Both the position numbers and the translations under genes were made by a program. This document shows, piece by piece, positions 28,872-39,400 of a DNA stretch of 64,000 nucleotides; the first letter of the stretch is position 1; every line of letters begins with the position of its first letter. Location: the IMG/VR virus record IMGVR_UViG_3300025693_000001. One strand, given 5' to 3'. The notes beneath the pieces are model-generated. The model did no database searches. It saw only the letters and a list, made by a program, of their open reading frames with translations, and had not been told where the DNA came from. The stretch comes from a virus. Taxonomy: Duplodnaviria > Heunggongvirae > Uroviricota > Caudoviricetes.

Positions 28872-29235
28872 TTGTACTTCCTGTAAATGTTGTATTTGGT
28901 ATTATGTTACCCATAGTCGTTGTCGAATCGCACCACACCGGCGGGATTCCTGGATACTGCTCCCGATCGGGTACCTGCCACGGTGTCCGTGGAGATGTTG
29001 GTTGATAAGGTGTTGGTTCCATAGGTCTTGGTATTGGATGGGGTGGTATTGGTGGAAATGTTGGGTCAGAATTCACACGCAGAGTCATCCCAACAACTGC
29101 ATCGGTTATGTCAGATGTCATTGGGTTGTCACCCAACACCATGAGCACTCCAGCCAACCAAGCTCTAAACTCAGCCGGTGTTATGCGTGATTGGTCGTTA
29201 AATGTGGCCACAGTCTGTTCAATGTTATCACTCAT
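28840..29235 (-). CDS. Proline-rich hypothetical protein
   Basis: TPAEFRAWLAGV N-terminus. Confidence 0.7.
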   Translation of the reverse strand: MSDNIEQTVATFNDQSRITPAEFRAWLAGVLMVLGDNPMTSDITDAVVGMTLRVNSDPTFPPIPPHPIPRPMEPTPYQPTSPRTPWQVPDREQYPGIPPVWCDSTTTMGNIIPNTTFTGSTNGSETKKSNT

Positions 29236-29717
29236 ATGATATCCCCAGCGACTTTGTTCTTTAAGTATTTGTTATACGAATCGGATGGTGCTACATTAAT
29301 CCACAATTCTGGTGAAATCGGATGACACAACATTTGATGTTTGTTCAATGAAGGTCCAACATTGACAAAATTTGGATGATAGTTTGTAACCGTGATAACT
29401 TCGGTTTCTATTCGTTTCTGTTCCGGTCCATACACCAATGCTACAAATTCTTTGCCAGCTAATTCGGATACTTCAACTACATCGATTTGCATTGTTTCCG
29501 TATCAACAACCAATATGTTCCAATTGGTTGGTAAAATAAAAGAAAACCCAGCGATGAGCAATTCTATGGACGGGGATATCACCTCTTCCAATACCAGAAG
29601 TGGAGCTAACGTGTAGTCCATCATTGTTAAATCTAACACCCACACATGCTCAGTATCAGTGGGTGTGTATATGCTCTCCAGCACCACAGCTTCGTTATCG
29701 TTATCGAACACTAACAT
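29232..29717 (-). CDS. Hypothetical beta-rich protein
   Basis: 161 aa; AGGA Shine-Dalgarno; extended -10 TGTTATAAT at 29738-29746. Confidence 0.75.
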   Translation of the reverse strand: MLVFDNDNEAVVLESIYTPTDTEHVWVLDLTMMDYTLAPLLVLEEVISPSIELLIAGFSFILPTNWNILVVDTETMQIDVVEVSELAGKEFVALVYGPEQKRIETEVITVTNYHPNFVNVGPSLNKHQMLCHPISPELWINVAPSDSYNKYLKNKVAGDII

Positions 29718-29764
29718 ATTATTCCTTTATTTTTGATATTATAACATGTAGTATACCACAATTA

Positions 29765-31264
29765 TTATTTGTACTCAACAGTTCTTTTCGTGTATGGGTA
29801 TTTTGCTTCTTTGTAATATCGAATACGGTCTTGCATGTGCCGTTTTGAGTGGTACGCATCACTACATATATCCGTGATGTGTACCGAGTCTTTATCGGAC
29901 GCTTTTCGCAGACCTCGCCCTATTCCCTGTATCGTTGTGATGAATGATTTACCGATGTCCACTAACATCATATTGAAGATGCGCTTTATGTTTAGTCCAG
30001 TACTAGCAATTTTTGCGTTTGCGATAACGATCATATTATCATTTGTTTTAAACAAATCATATATTTCCTTACGTTCATCCACCGGATCCTGTCCATACAA
30101 ATATACCGCATTTGGTATCAGCTTAGCCAACCGTTTACCAAAAGCGACACCAACAGTCAAACAGAACACGTTACCGTGTGCACTCTTGAGTGTTATGTAA
30201 TCAGCTATCCACTCCAATCGCTCTTTCTCATTCTGGAAGAAGTGTTTTTCGGCTGGCCAGTCCGGAAAGTATGAGTTCTTGAATTTGATATAGGTCAATG
30301 CTTTTTCTGGAATGTTAGCTCGCTTGTGATCCGCAAGATATTCTTCATACACATCTTTTAAGTTGATGGACAATTGCATGACATCAATATGCAATTTAGC
30401 CAAGAATCCCTCGTCAATCAATTTGTGAGCAGGAATTTCACACAACACATCCCCCAACGCAATACGAACAGCCATCAATTCCGCTGGTTCTTTTGGTAAT
30501 GTACCCGTCACACCAAACCGGAATGGGATTCCAACACCATGTTTATTCAACAGTTCGGATATCACAGTACCTCTAGCACCATGACACTCATCAACAATGA
30601 TAACATCAAAGTCTCGAACCACCATTGGGTTGTGTTGCAATGCTTGCCACGTGGATACTATGTGTGTGTGATTTGTATCTTTTGTTGTTCCACTGTATTC
30701 ACCAACATCCAACCCAAAAAATTCGTAATCATCGAAAGTTTGTCTTGTTAGTGTTTTGTCTGGTACTATGATGATAGATCGTAGTCCGTTTGATAGTTCA
30801 TACGCTTGGGCTAATGCAGCAGTCATGCTAGTTTTACCAGCTCCTGTCCCTGCAACACCAACTCCACATCCAGCAGCGATAAGTGTGTTTACTAGCTCAA
30901 CTTGATAGTCTCGAAACTCCCACGGTTCGCCCGTATCCGGATTGGTGATGTGACTAAAGAAGTCTTTATCAATCGGGTCTACTGTAATGTCCAATGCTGG
31001 TGGGCGTTTATCATCCACATCGATTTTGTATTTTAGTCCAACTACTCTGGGAATTATGTCTGGTAGTAGGTTCACAAACGTAGCTCCAGTCTTTCTGAAG
31101 TACCGAAGCTTTCCATCCCATGAACCCAACTTGAACTTGGGGTTGAATCTGTACCCTGGTGCAAATTCTGAATATTCTTCGTACAAATAATCCATGTGGT
31201 TTGGTTGCAATCCTGTGAGTACACAGTTTGCATTATCTAATATTGTCAGTTTACAAGTTGCCAT
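29765..31264 (-). CDS. uvsW: UvsW-like SF2 DNA helicase
   Basis: RDYQ, GTGAGKT, DECH, TGT, STGLNI, QGIGRGLR. Confidence 0.93.
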   Translation of the reverse strand: MATCKLTILDNANCVLTGLQPNHMDYLYEEYSEFAPGYRFNPKFKLGSWDGKLRYFRKTGATFVNLLPDIIPRVVGLKYKIDVDDKRPPALDITVDPIDKDFFSHITNPDTGEPWEFRDYQVELVNTLIAAGCGVGVAGTGAGKTSMTAALAQAYELSNGLRSIIIVPDKTLTRQTFDDYEFFGLDVGEYSGTTKDTNHTHIVSTWQALQHNPMVVRDFDVIIVDECHGARGTVISELLNKHGVGIPFRFGVTGTLPKEPAELMAVRIALGDVLCEIPAHKLIDEGFLAKLHIDVMQLSINLKDVYEEYLADHKRANIPEKALTYIKFKNSYFPDWPAEKHFFQNEKERLEWIADYITLKSAHGNVFCLTVGVAFGKRLAKLIPNAVYLYGQDPVDERKEIYDLFKTNDNMIVIANAKIASTGLNIKRIFNMMLVDIGKSFITTIQGIGRGLRKASDKDSVHITDICSDAYHSKRHMQDRIRYYKEAKYPYTKRTVEYK

Positions 31265-31723
31265 TTAATACGCTACGTCTTCTATTGATGCAATGGCCAA
31301 CTTTGTTAAGTTGTTAATGGCATATCCCCTACTCTGGAATGCCGAACCAATTGCTTGGAATTTCTCATACATTTCTTTTACCGCCAAAGCTTTCTCTTGC
31401 ATATCCAAGAATGCAGGTTCTCCGTCGATGTATATCTTCTTACCAGCTTCGGTCAGGTCTCTATCGTGTGTTTGTGTATAACTAACATACAGCTTACTAC
31501 GGGTAGAGGCAACTAACATATCCATATGTTTTGATAGTGCGTGTAGTTCTGATTTCTTCTCATCATAATACAACTGCCATCCGGCATTTTTTACGTTAGC
31601 TTGTCCCAACATGCTTGGGTTTATCTCCAAGTGTTTTTTTGCACCTTGCACATCACCTTCGTATTCAGACAACACAGCCGGCAATATATCCAAATTTTTA
31701 CTCACTTGTCCTATGATGCTCAA
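31265..31723 (-). CDS. uvsY: UvsY-like recombination mediator
   Basis: Helical 152 aa, YIDGEP...SRGYAINN, adjacent to uvsW. Confidence 0.7.
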   Translation of the reverse strand: MSIIGQVSKNLDILPAVLSEYEGDVQGAKKHLEINPSMLGQANVKNAGWQLYYDEKKSELHALSKHMDMLVASTRSKLYVSYTQTHDRDLTEAGKKIYIDGEPAFLDMQEKALAVKEMYEKFQAIGSAFQSRGYAINNLTKLAIASIEDVAY

Positions 31724-32208
31724 TGCGCCCGTCCTTGTGGCTCAGGAAGAGCTTCCAACAGTTCGCGTTGATCGTCAGATAGGACGGATAGGTCAAAATC
31801 TGAAAGCACACCTGCTTGTTCCTCAGCAGCTATACGTTCTTCACTCTCATTGAGATTAACCAGATATGTGTATACAACATCGGATGATTCTGATATAGCA
31901 ATGTCCATTGGAACTCCTATTCGGATCATTTGGTGGAAGTATTCGTGGTTATCTTCCGTGATATCCATCATTTCATCATCAACCATCAATTGCGTACCTG
32001 GTGAGTAACTAACCACTCCAACCAATGTGATAACACCTTCGATCAGATTGACGCCCTCCCACACCAGTTCTCGATGCCCATCAGTACCATACATATCATC
32101 AATAAAATCAGTAGCTCCGGTAATGACAGGAGCTATGTCGTCTAATATCTTTTTGGTTTCAGTGTGAAACACCTCATCACGAGAGCGAAACATCTTCACT
32201 ATATCCAT
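31720..32208 (-). CDS. Hypothetical acidic protein
   Basis: 162-aa ORF coupled to neighbours. Confidence 0.7.
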   Translation of the reverse strand: MDIVKMFRSRDEVFHTETKKILDDIAPVITGATDFIDDMYGTDGHRELVWEGVNLIEGVITLVGVVSYSPGTQLMVDDEMMDITEDNHEYFHQMIRIGVPMDIAISESSDVVYTYLVNLNESEERIAAEEQAGVLSDFDLSVLSDDQRELLEALPEPQGRAH

Positions 32209-32211
32209 ACG

Positions 32212-33324
32212 TTAAATTCCTTTTGTTGATATTGTATTTATCACACCACGTTCAAGCCAAACCGACTCCTGCACTTCCATCAGTAAGCCAGCAGCAAATT
32301 TGATGTTAGGCTTTTTTGGTAGTTGAGTTTTTTTGTACCATGTGTCGCGTATAGCGGTATCCATAGCAACGGCATAATCCAACAACTCATCATAACTCCA
32401 TTTACCAGCTCTGATGTCTAACAATTCTTGAGCATCTGGACGCTTCACTAGGATGTGACCGTGTTCCAATGCTTCTTGTCCCATACGCATCAACCGAACC
32501 AGATGCATTGCATGTTTGGTATCATACCCATGCTCAACCTCCAATTCAGATCTAACTTCATTTCGGTTGTTCTTCCACGTCCAGTAATTTTTATACTTTT
32601 CTTTATCCACCAAGTAATCCGATTTGTTGAATTTGATTACAGCTAATGGAGGTGGCAAGGATTCCCGTGCACCATCGAACAACACATTCAAACTACCAGA
32701 GTCGGAATACATTTGTGAGCGATTTGTATTCAAGCCATCACAATTGACGTTGTGGTATACCCCGAACAACTCTCCACCGTATGGAACCAATCTGGTGTTA
32801 TCACGTATACGCGTAACATCAAAATCCCTAGGCATCACTCTTGTGTTACCATACCACTGAACCAACGACACATAGTTGCATTGCATCGGAGGTTGATCGG
32901 ATTGGGGATTGTTGATCCACTTGTTGTGTCCTTTGATGCGCTTTAGCTGGGCCATGGCATAGCCGCTCGTGGTGAATGCAATCTTCGATGACAGTAGTTC
33001 AGCTCGGTTTGCTCGCAGCAGATCATATCCAGGTGATCGTGTGATGATATCACTTTCATCTACCCACAACATCTCGATTATGTTCGGGTTACAATCCAAA
33101 CATAATTTCATGAAGTGTGATAATTCATACAACTTAGTATCTTCCTCAGCGCCGTCGTCGACTTCACGCACGGGGAAAAATGGAGTTTGTATATTGATTG
33201 GATCAGCACAGAATAGACCACGCTTGTCGACATCCGACGTTGGTAGGTTGGTGCCATATGAAACAGACCCAGCATACCCTTTGAATATGGTATACTTGTC
33301 CGTCAGAAACGTGTTTGTGTTCAT
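32212..33324 (-). CDS. Pol-beta superfamily nucleotidyltransferase (Nuc-transf/RlaP-like)
   Basis: GSVSYGTNLPTSDVDKRG, NPNIIEML, GYDTKHAMHLVRL, LLDIRAG. Confidence 0.88.
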   Translation of the reverse strand: MNTNTFLTDKYTIFKGYAGSVSYGTNLPTSDVDKRGLFCADPINIQTPFFPVREVDDGAEEDTKLYELSHFMKLCLDCNPNIIEMLWVDESDIITRSPGYDLLRANRAELLSSKIAFTTSGYAMAQLKRIKGHNKWINNPQSDQPPMQCNYVSLVQWYGNTRVMPRDFDVTRIRDNTRLVPYGGELFGVYHNVNCDGLNTNRSQMYSDSGSLNVLFDGARESLPPPLAVIKFNKSDYLVDKEKYKNYWTWKNNRNEVRSELEVEHGYDTKHAMHLVRLMRMGQEALEHGHILVKRPDAQELLDIRAGKWSYDELLDYAVAMDTAIRDTWYKKTQLPKKPNIKFAAGLLMEVQESVWLERGVINTISTKGI

Positions 33325-33360
33325 AATATCCCTGTATTATTATAATTATTATATCGGGAT

Positions 33361-33389
33361 ATTATACTACATTTTAGTTCATCTTGCAA
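33361..33389 (-). promoter_or_regulatory. Strong sigma70-type promoter
   Basis: TTGCAA-17-TATAAT upstream of the nucleotidyltransferase. Confidence 0.7.
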
Positions 33390-33390
33390 C

Positions 33391-34059
33391 TTACCACAAC
33401 GACTCGATGTCGTCTGTTGAAACTGCGTTGATGTCTGGTTTTGTATAGAATGGGATGGTGGGTGTTGGTAGAATGGATAGTTCCGCTAAATCGGATGTAT
33501 CACAATTCCACCCAACGTAGCTGTAGCCATGAGTAACGGAACCGAAACTGACTTCCGTCTTTTCGTTTGTGTATTGTGTGAATTTTGATTTCGGTAAGCA
33601 GTACACTGCGCAATCATCGATATCGACCAGCACCAGAAAATCAGCTGTTGGATTTGATATATCGGTATCAGCACTATCCAACCCAACGCGATTGTGTCTT
33701 GTCCTTATGGACTTCACTTGGTATGTGTCGTTGGTATCTAGATCAATGAAATCCAACCCACCTTTTTGTTCGGATTCGGATTCGCATAAACTGAATGCTG
33801 TGGATTTGTTGTGTAATTGTATACTGCGGATGGCAATTAACTCACTAACACATCCAGGAATAGAATGTTGAGCTCCGTACCGGATATTATATTTGTCCCA
33901 AGGCATGTGCTTGTTAGCGGTGCCCTTGGTTGTTATGGTTTTGATTAAGAATCCCTCCCACGCCTGTTGAATGGCTAACGGGAGGGTGTCGAAAAATTGG
34001 TCAACGATACGTGTACCAATTATAGTGAAGTGAGCGGGTGTGCGTTTTAGTGTTCTCAT
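33391..34059 (-). CDS. Putative PD-(D/E)xK endonuclease
   Basis: E...GLDFIDLDTNDTYQVKS...ADFLVLVD; free-standing downstream of uvsX. Confidence 0.55.
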   Translation of the reverse strand: MRTLKRTPAHFTIIGTRIVDQFFDTLPLAIQQAWEGFLIKTITTKGTANKHMPWDKYNIRYGAQHSIPGCVSELIAIRSIQLHNKSTAFSLCESESEQKGGLDFIDLDTNDTYQVKSIRTRHNRVGLDSADTDISNPTADFLVLVDIDDCAVYCLPKSKFTQYTNEKTEVSFGSVTHGYSYVGWNCDTSDLAELSILPTPTIPFYTKPDINAVSTDDIESLW

Positions 34060-34089
34060 AACACTATTTACGCCACACCCAAATTGATG

Positions 34090-35163
34090 TTACTCGCTTG
34101 AGGCTTTTGATTGTCTTTTGGATTTTGATGTTTCTTGTTTCTCAACAATCTCATCACCATCAGCAATGTCAGCTTCCAGAAATTTATCCGACTGGCTTTC
34201 AGCTTGCTGTAGGATGTCCTCCGCGTACTTGTGAAACTCTTTCGAGTACCAAGTTTTTTCGTCACCTGTAATAGCATAACGAGATCCACGTTTTTCAATC
34301 AATCCCATGCCAACTGCAACCTCCAGCAACCCCGAATAAGGATCCATACCAGTATCGTATGGTACTTCCAGAGTAGTCGTTTGAAACGGTTTTGTAAATC
34401 GAGTTTTATACCCTTCGGCTTTCATCAAGATTCCGTGAACCTCTCTGGTAGCTTTGTCACGCATTTTGAGCTTTGTCAGCAATAATACCTGCGATAGAGA
34501 AAACTTGATTGCATCACTAACGATCCACGTACCTTCACCATTACGAACATCTTGGTTCTTGTATACTTGGGCTGTTATAACCATCGATATGTTTGGTCGT
34601 TTGATAGCTTGCACGAATTCACGTAACATAGCTTTCAACTGTTTATTGCGTTGACCTTGATCACCTTTTGAAATCCCCTTATCGAAGTTTTCTTCTTCAG
34701 TTTCCGTCATCAACATGTCCAAACTATCGATAACAATCAACATCCTTGGTGCGTCTTCATTCTCACCGTAATCTTTTTTGAAGCCTTTGATTATCTGTGA
34801 TACGACTTTTTTGGTTTGAGGTATGGTATCAACCGAGACATAGAAATAATCTTTGTCCGTGTCAACTCCAATGCTCTGCATGAATCCGTCATCTAGTGCA
34901 TTTTCGGAATCCAGCACCACAATAAACGCTCCTTCTTTTTGAGCCTCTCGAACTGCGTTACCAACCAGAAAGCTTTTACCGGTACCTGACGGTCCTGTAA
35001 ATGCTGTTATTCTGCCTTGTGGCACACCTTTCTTTAGACTACCTGAAACTATGCGGTTAAGAACATAGTTGCCTGTAGAGAACCAGTAACGAGGGGGCTC
35101 TGACGAGCCCACCTGTATACCAGACTTCTCCAGGTCTTTCGACACTGTTTTGAGAAAATCCAT
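34090..35163 (-). CDS. uvsX: UvsX/RecA-like recombinase
   Basis: STGNYVLN, GPSGTGKS, DSENA, IVIDSL, KTRFTKPF. Confidence 0.95.
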   Translation of the reverse strand: MDFLKTVSKDLEKSGIQVGSSEPPRYWFSTGNYVLNRIVSGSLKKGVPQGRITAFTGPSGTGKSFLVGNAVREAQKEGAFIVVLDSENALDDGFMQSIGVDTDKDYFYVSVDTIPQTKKVVSQIIKGFKKDYGENEDAPRMLIVIDSLDMLMTETEEENFDKGISKGDQGQRNKQLKAMLREFVQAIKRPNISMVITAQVYKNQDVRNGEGTWIVSDAIKFSLSQVLLLTKLKMRDKATREVHGILMKAEGYKTRFTKPFQTTTLEVPYDTGMDPYSGLLEVAVGMGLIEKRGSRYAITGDEKTWYSKEFHKYAEDILQQAESQSDKFLEADIADGDEIVEKQETSKSKRQSKASSE

Positions 35164-36134
35164 TAGCCGTTTTTGCGTCTGTTACGGATTTTCGCTAAGA
35201 TGTCGCTTGCTTCGTCACTAAACTCTTCACCGGATTCTTCGGAGTCATCTGATCCTTCGTCTTCCGCCACTGCTTTTTTCTTAGCAGGTGCAGATTTCGG
35301 AGCTGGTTCAGCTTCTTCCGCTTCATCGTCGTTAGACTGCTCGACTACTTTTTTCTTACCTGGTGCGTTTTTGGAAGCAGGTTTTGCTGCAGGTGCTTCC
35401 TCATCTTCATCACCACTACCGTCATCGTAACTACCACCAGTGATATCAGCTTCTAACATTGATTCCACTTTTTCGTATGTTGGATGTGCAGGAAGTAATG
35501 TTTCCAAAACCAAAAGGTCTTCTTCGATTGCTGCGATTTCGTCTTCATCCAGAGATGATGATTTACGAGCAAACTTCGAACCAACAGCGTATGTATCATA
35601 CTCACCCTGTTTTGTTTTCTTGATAATGAAATTGCAACCATTTTCGTACGCGTATGGGATTTCTTCCAACTCACCACTTTCGAATGACTCTTTAATGATG
35701 TTATATAATTGGAATCCAAGTGCGATCACTCGTACTTTCCCTTCGTGTGAATCACCAGTTTCCGAATCTGCTGGAAGTGGATCTTCAACAACCAATGCTT
35801 GCACTAAATGTTGTTTCTTGCGCCAGTATTTCTTGCCCTGTACTTTATCTTCAGCTTTGTAGTAAGCAGATGATACTTTACATATAGGGCAGTCGTCTTC
35901 ACCGTACATTTTAAGACAAGGTACAGTTTTGTTTTCACCATTAATAACCAATGTATGCATTAATTTCTCAACCATGAAACCTAGAGGGTTTTCTGGATTA
36001 GCGTCAGGTAAAAATCGGATTGTAGCTTGTTCACCAACCTTCATGTTCCAGAAGGGGTAGTAGTTGTTCGGACGAGATTCTTGAGTGTCTTGCTTTTTGA
36101 ATGCGGATCTAAGTTGTTCTATTGATAATGACAT
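35163..36134 (-). CDS. gp32: Single-stranded DNA-binding protein (gp32-like)
   Basis: IRFLPD, H...C...CPIC zinc site, GCNFIIKK...Y..SKF, long acidic tail. Confidence 0.9.
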   Translation of the reverse strand: MSLSIEQLRSAFKKQDTQESRPNNYYPFWNMKVGEQATIRFLPDANPENPLGFMVEKLMHTLVINGENKTVPCLKMYGEDDCPICKVSSAYYKAEDKVQGKKYWRKKQHLVQALVVEDPLPADSETGDSHEGKVRVIALGFQLYNIIKESFESGELEEIPYAYENGCNFIIKKTKQGEYDTYAVGSKFARKSSSLDEDEIAAIEEDLLVLETLLPAHPTYEKVESMLEADITGGSYDDGSGDEDEEAPAAKPASKNAPGKKKVVEQSNDDEAEEAEPAPKSAPAKKKAVAEDEGSDDSEESGEEFSDEASDILAKIRNRRKNG

Positions 36135-36257
36135 TTATATTTCTCCATAGTTCTTATTATTGTGTTATGTCTATTTTTATTTCTAAGTATTTCATGAGGC
36201 TGTGCATAAGCACTTTAGTGTTGCATCTGGTGACCTCCACCAGACTGTGTTGAGTAT

Positions 36258-36308
36258 AGTATATTGTGGAACGGTATGTCAGTCAACTCCAACATACAGG
36301 TATTTATG
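36258..36308 (-). promoter_or_regulatory. Sigma70-type promoter plus late promoter for the SSB operon
   Basis: TTGACT-17-TATACT (36286-36258); CATAAATA (36308-36301). Confidence 0.7.
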
Positions 36309-36419
36309 CATTTGGTTGATGCAGGTGCCCACACCACAGGTTTCCACACCACCAATACACTTGGATTATAGAACGATTCCCATGCTTTCGAAAATCATCC
36401 CAAATCCAATGGTATTATG

Positions 36420-39400
36420 CTATTTTGGTAGATCCGTTACCATCACAACTGTTCCTGTAATCGCAGCCCCAATCTGCGCAGAGTTGAACTTCAACATCCC
36501 GGATGTTCGGTTGAAGTTCACTATACCAGCAGCTGGTTCTGACATATTAGCCGTTGCTATAATATTATTCACAACTGTCAGTGGCACTCCATCTGCGAAT
36601 AATGTCAAAGGGTAATCTGCAGCAAGGAAATCATCAGCAAATGCGCCTGTGCCACCAACTGAATCCCCACACGACATCACCTGAGCATCTTTTTCGTACG
36701 TCCAGAGGATATCATGGAATCCTGATGCTGGATTTTGCACCCCTGCTTGAGCATACAACAATCCTGATGATGCTGTCCCACTAGTGTACAAGTCAGTTGG
36801 GACACCCGATATAACTTTCTGAAATGTTACCGTTGACCCCACCCGCACCAGTCTGAATTCATCACCCATCGCGTGGGTGGTTAGATTGCTTGCTTGTATG
36901 TTTCCTTCATACCCCACACTCACTTGTCCGTTTGTGTAGAATCTAAAATAATGTTTAAAGCCAACACTACTTTCTGGGTCGTATGACGATTCTGATGTAT
37001 TTCGTATCGAATCAAAACCCATAGCAGCGTTCATGTTAGCCATGTTAACTTTGAACGACAACGAACAATCACCATAGGTCGTTTGCATACTCTGTCCACC
37101 ATAGTTGCCATTATTGGATACGTTATCAGATGTGATTTCACCAGGTTGTGTTAGTATACTGGACTCATAATATGACGTGAATACCACACGTTCGGTTGTA
37201 GTTCCGGAAACTCCTGGGACTATATTGGTGTCATCGTGTGCAGAAAAACTGCTAAATGTTGGATCCGATTGGCTAGCCAAATAAATAGACGATCTCATAG
37301 TAATTGTGGTGGCATTATCTTTCTGCAAACCATCCACAACACCAACCGTGTAATATTCACCCGCGACAAATGCGGGGGCTGTTGCACCATCCGTAAAATT
37401 GTTGGTAAGTCCATCAATGGTGGCTTCCGATGCTACGTGAGTTGGTTTTGTTTCCAATCCAGACAGTGATTGTGTTAGCTCATACCGAGATATTAGATTT
37501 GCTCCAGGTTTGGATGCTATCACCCCAGAGATGTCAACCATGTCGTTTGTAACGTCTGTTTGGTCCCATGCTATATTCCACATTTGCACGTTGTTCATGG
37601 TACCGCGGAAAAAATTACTAACATTGTACAGGTTGTTCACGAATGCACGTGCATGCGTTCTGGCACCCACATGAGCAACCAGCGTACTCGATGGATTTGA
37701 GAAATCGAGAGTTGCTGTTAGTGTTAGCGTTGCAACCAGTGTGCCATCAATATACAGATACGCACTGGTGGCGTCAAATGCCACAATAACACGATACGTT
37801 CCACCATCAACCGGTGTTGGAAATGTTACGGATGCTCCACCATCTTCGAGAGATAGATTACCCGTATCATTATCCCAGAATAACATTAACCGATTTGTAC
37901 CACCATCGTTATTGATCTCGAATACAACCGAATGCGGTTCTTGCGCAGACGCAAGCAACTGCGAGGCAGATAACTTAGCGATCGGTGCCAAAGTAAACGC
38001 TAGTGTCCCTGTACCAGCGAAAGTACTAGTAGCAAACGATGGGGTCACATCTATCATAGATCTACCCGTAAAACTATAATCTTCGACATCAAAGTTGTGA
38101 CGGGTAGCATGGTTTAAATTACCAGAGGTATCCACGGCGTCAGCGTGGTAACCCTTTATCCAATCGGAACCGTTCCACTGATATTTATCCCACACAAACT
38201 CCTCAAATGGTGAATATCGTGTGTTTAGGGTATCTAACCCCGTTGCTGGACAAATGTTGCGTATAGTCATTGGACGGGCATCATAATTGTTTGGTTGACG
38301 TAACCACAATCCCTTGCCCACCCCATCGGCATCAACCATTGCAAATGATGCTTGTTGTGATGAGGTATCCGTACTCCCATGTAAAGCATTATACATTTTC
38401 ATATCGATTGAATACATAGCTGGCACATTATCGATTAGACCACTCGCAGCTGCATACGGTGCACCATAGTAATCATATGCGATCATTGGTAGTCCTGACG
38501 TTGTCCGCGACACGGTTGTGTTTGGTCCAAATGTTTGGTTGTTCTCGGTTGTACCGTATACCAGAAGAATCGTAGTAGTTTCGGTGTCGTAAATGTCGTT
38601 GGTATAGTAGTCTCTAGCCCACGTCCACATACCACCAGTGTATGAACAAGCCAACTCCAACATATCCGATCCTTCTCTGTGCGCTGATGAGTAATAGCGA
38701 TAAATAGGAATTGCTGGTCCGGGTAGTGCCGTATCCTCCGTAGACCACCAAGCGATGTGGTTTTCCCACCACCCACTAACGTTGTAGAATGTATGCACAA
38801 TAGCCATTTGCTGGACAGGCGATTCAACATCAACAACAATACCAACAACTCTATGCCAATTATCGTTGGTTATGTTGGTATACGAAAATGGGTGACCAGA
38901 ACCAGGATCGTAGTTAGTCCACGAAGTCCCTCCATCGGATGAGCTTGATAAACCTCCATCAAATAACGCCCACACGGTGTTTCCAGCGCCAACAGCGACA
39001 CCCATACATAACGTTTCTCCTCCTATAGGAATACCATTGGTAACGTTCGTCATCTGTGTTATCGTTGGTGTTCCAAGTGGATCCACGATCTTATACAATC
39101 CAGCTGCACCATTTGCTACCCAAAGATTTTTGTTATCATCGACAGCGGTTTGAATCACACTAACACCACCAATTGGTGGTGTTGTTGTTGTATCAAAGTT
39201 ATTATGCATTCCGTTGATTATGTCAACGACAGTAATCCCAGTCGTATCACGACATATAACTGTCCGTCCGTCGAATTTTGACATCTTTCTGTCATCATTG
39301 GTAGACATACCATGCCCACCAATGATAGTGGGAAAATCATTACGCTCTTTGTGATCGTGACGAAATCCCAAATTATCCTCTCTACTGGAATACGAAGTGC

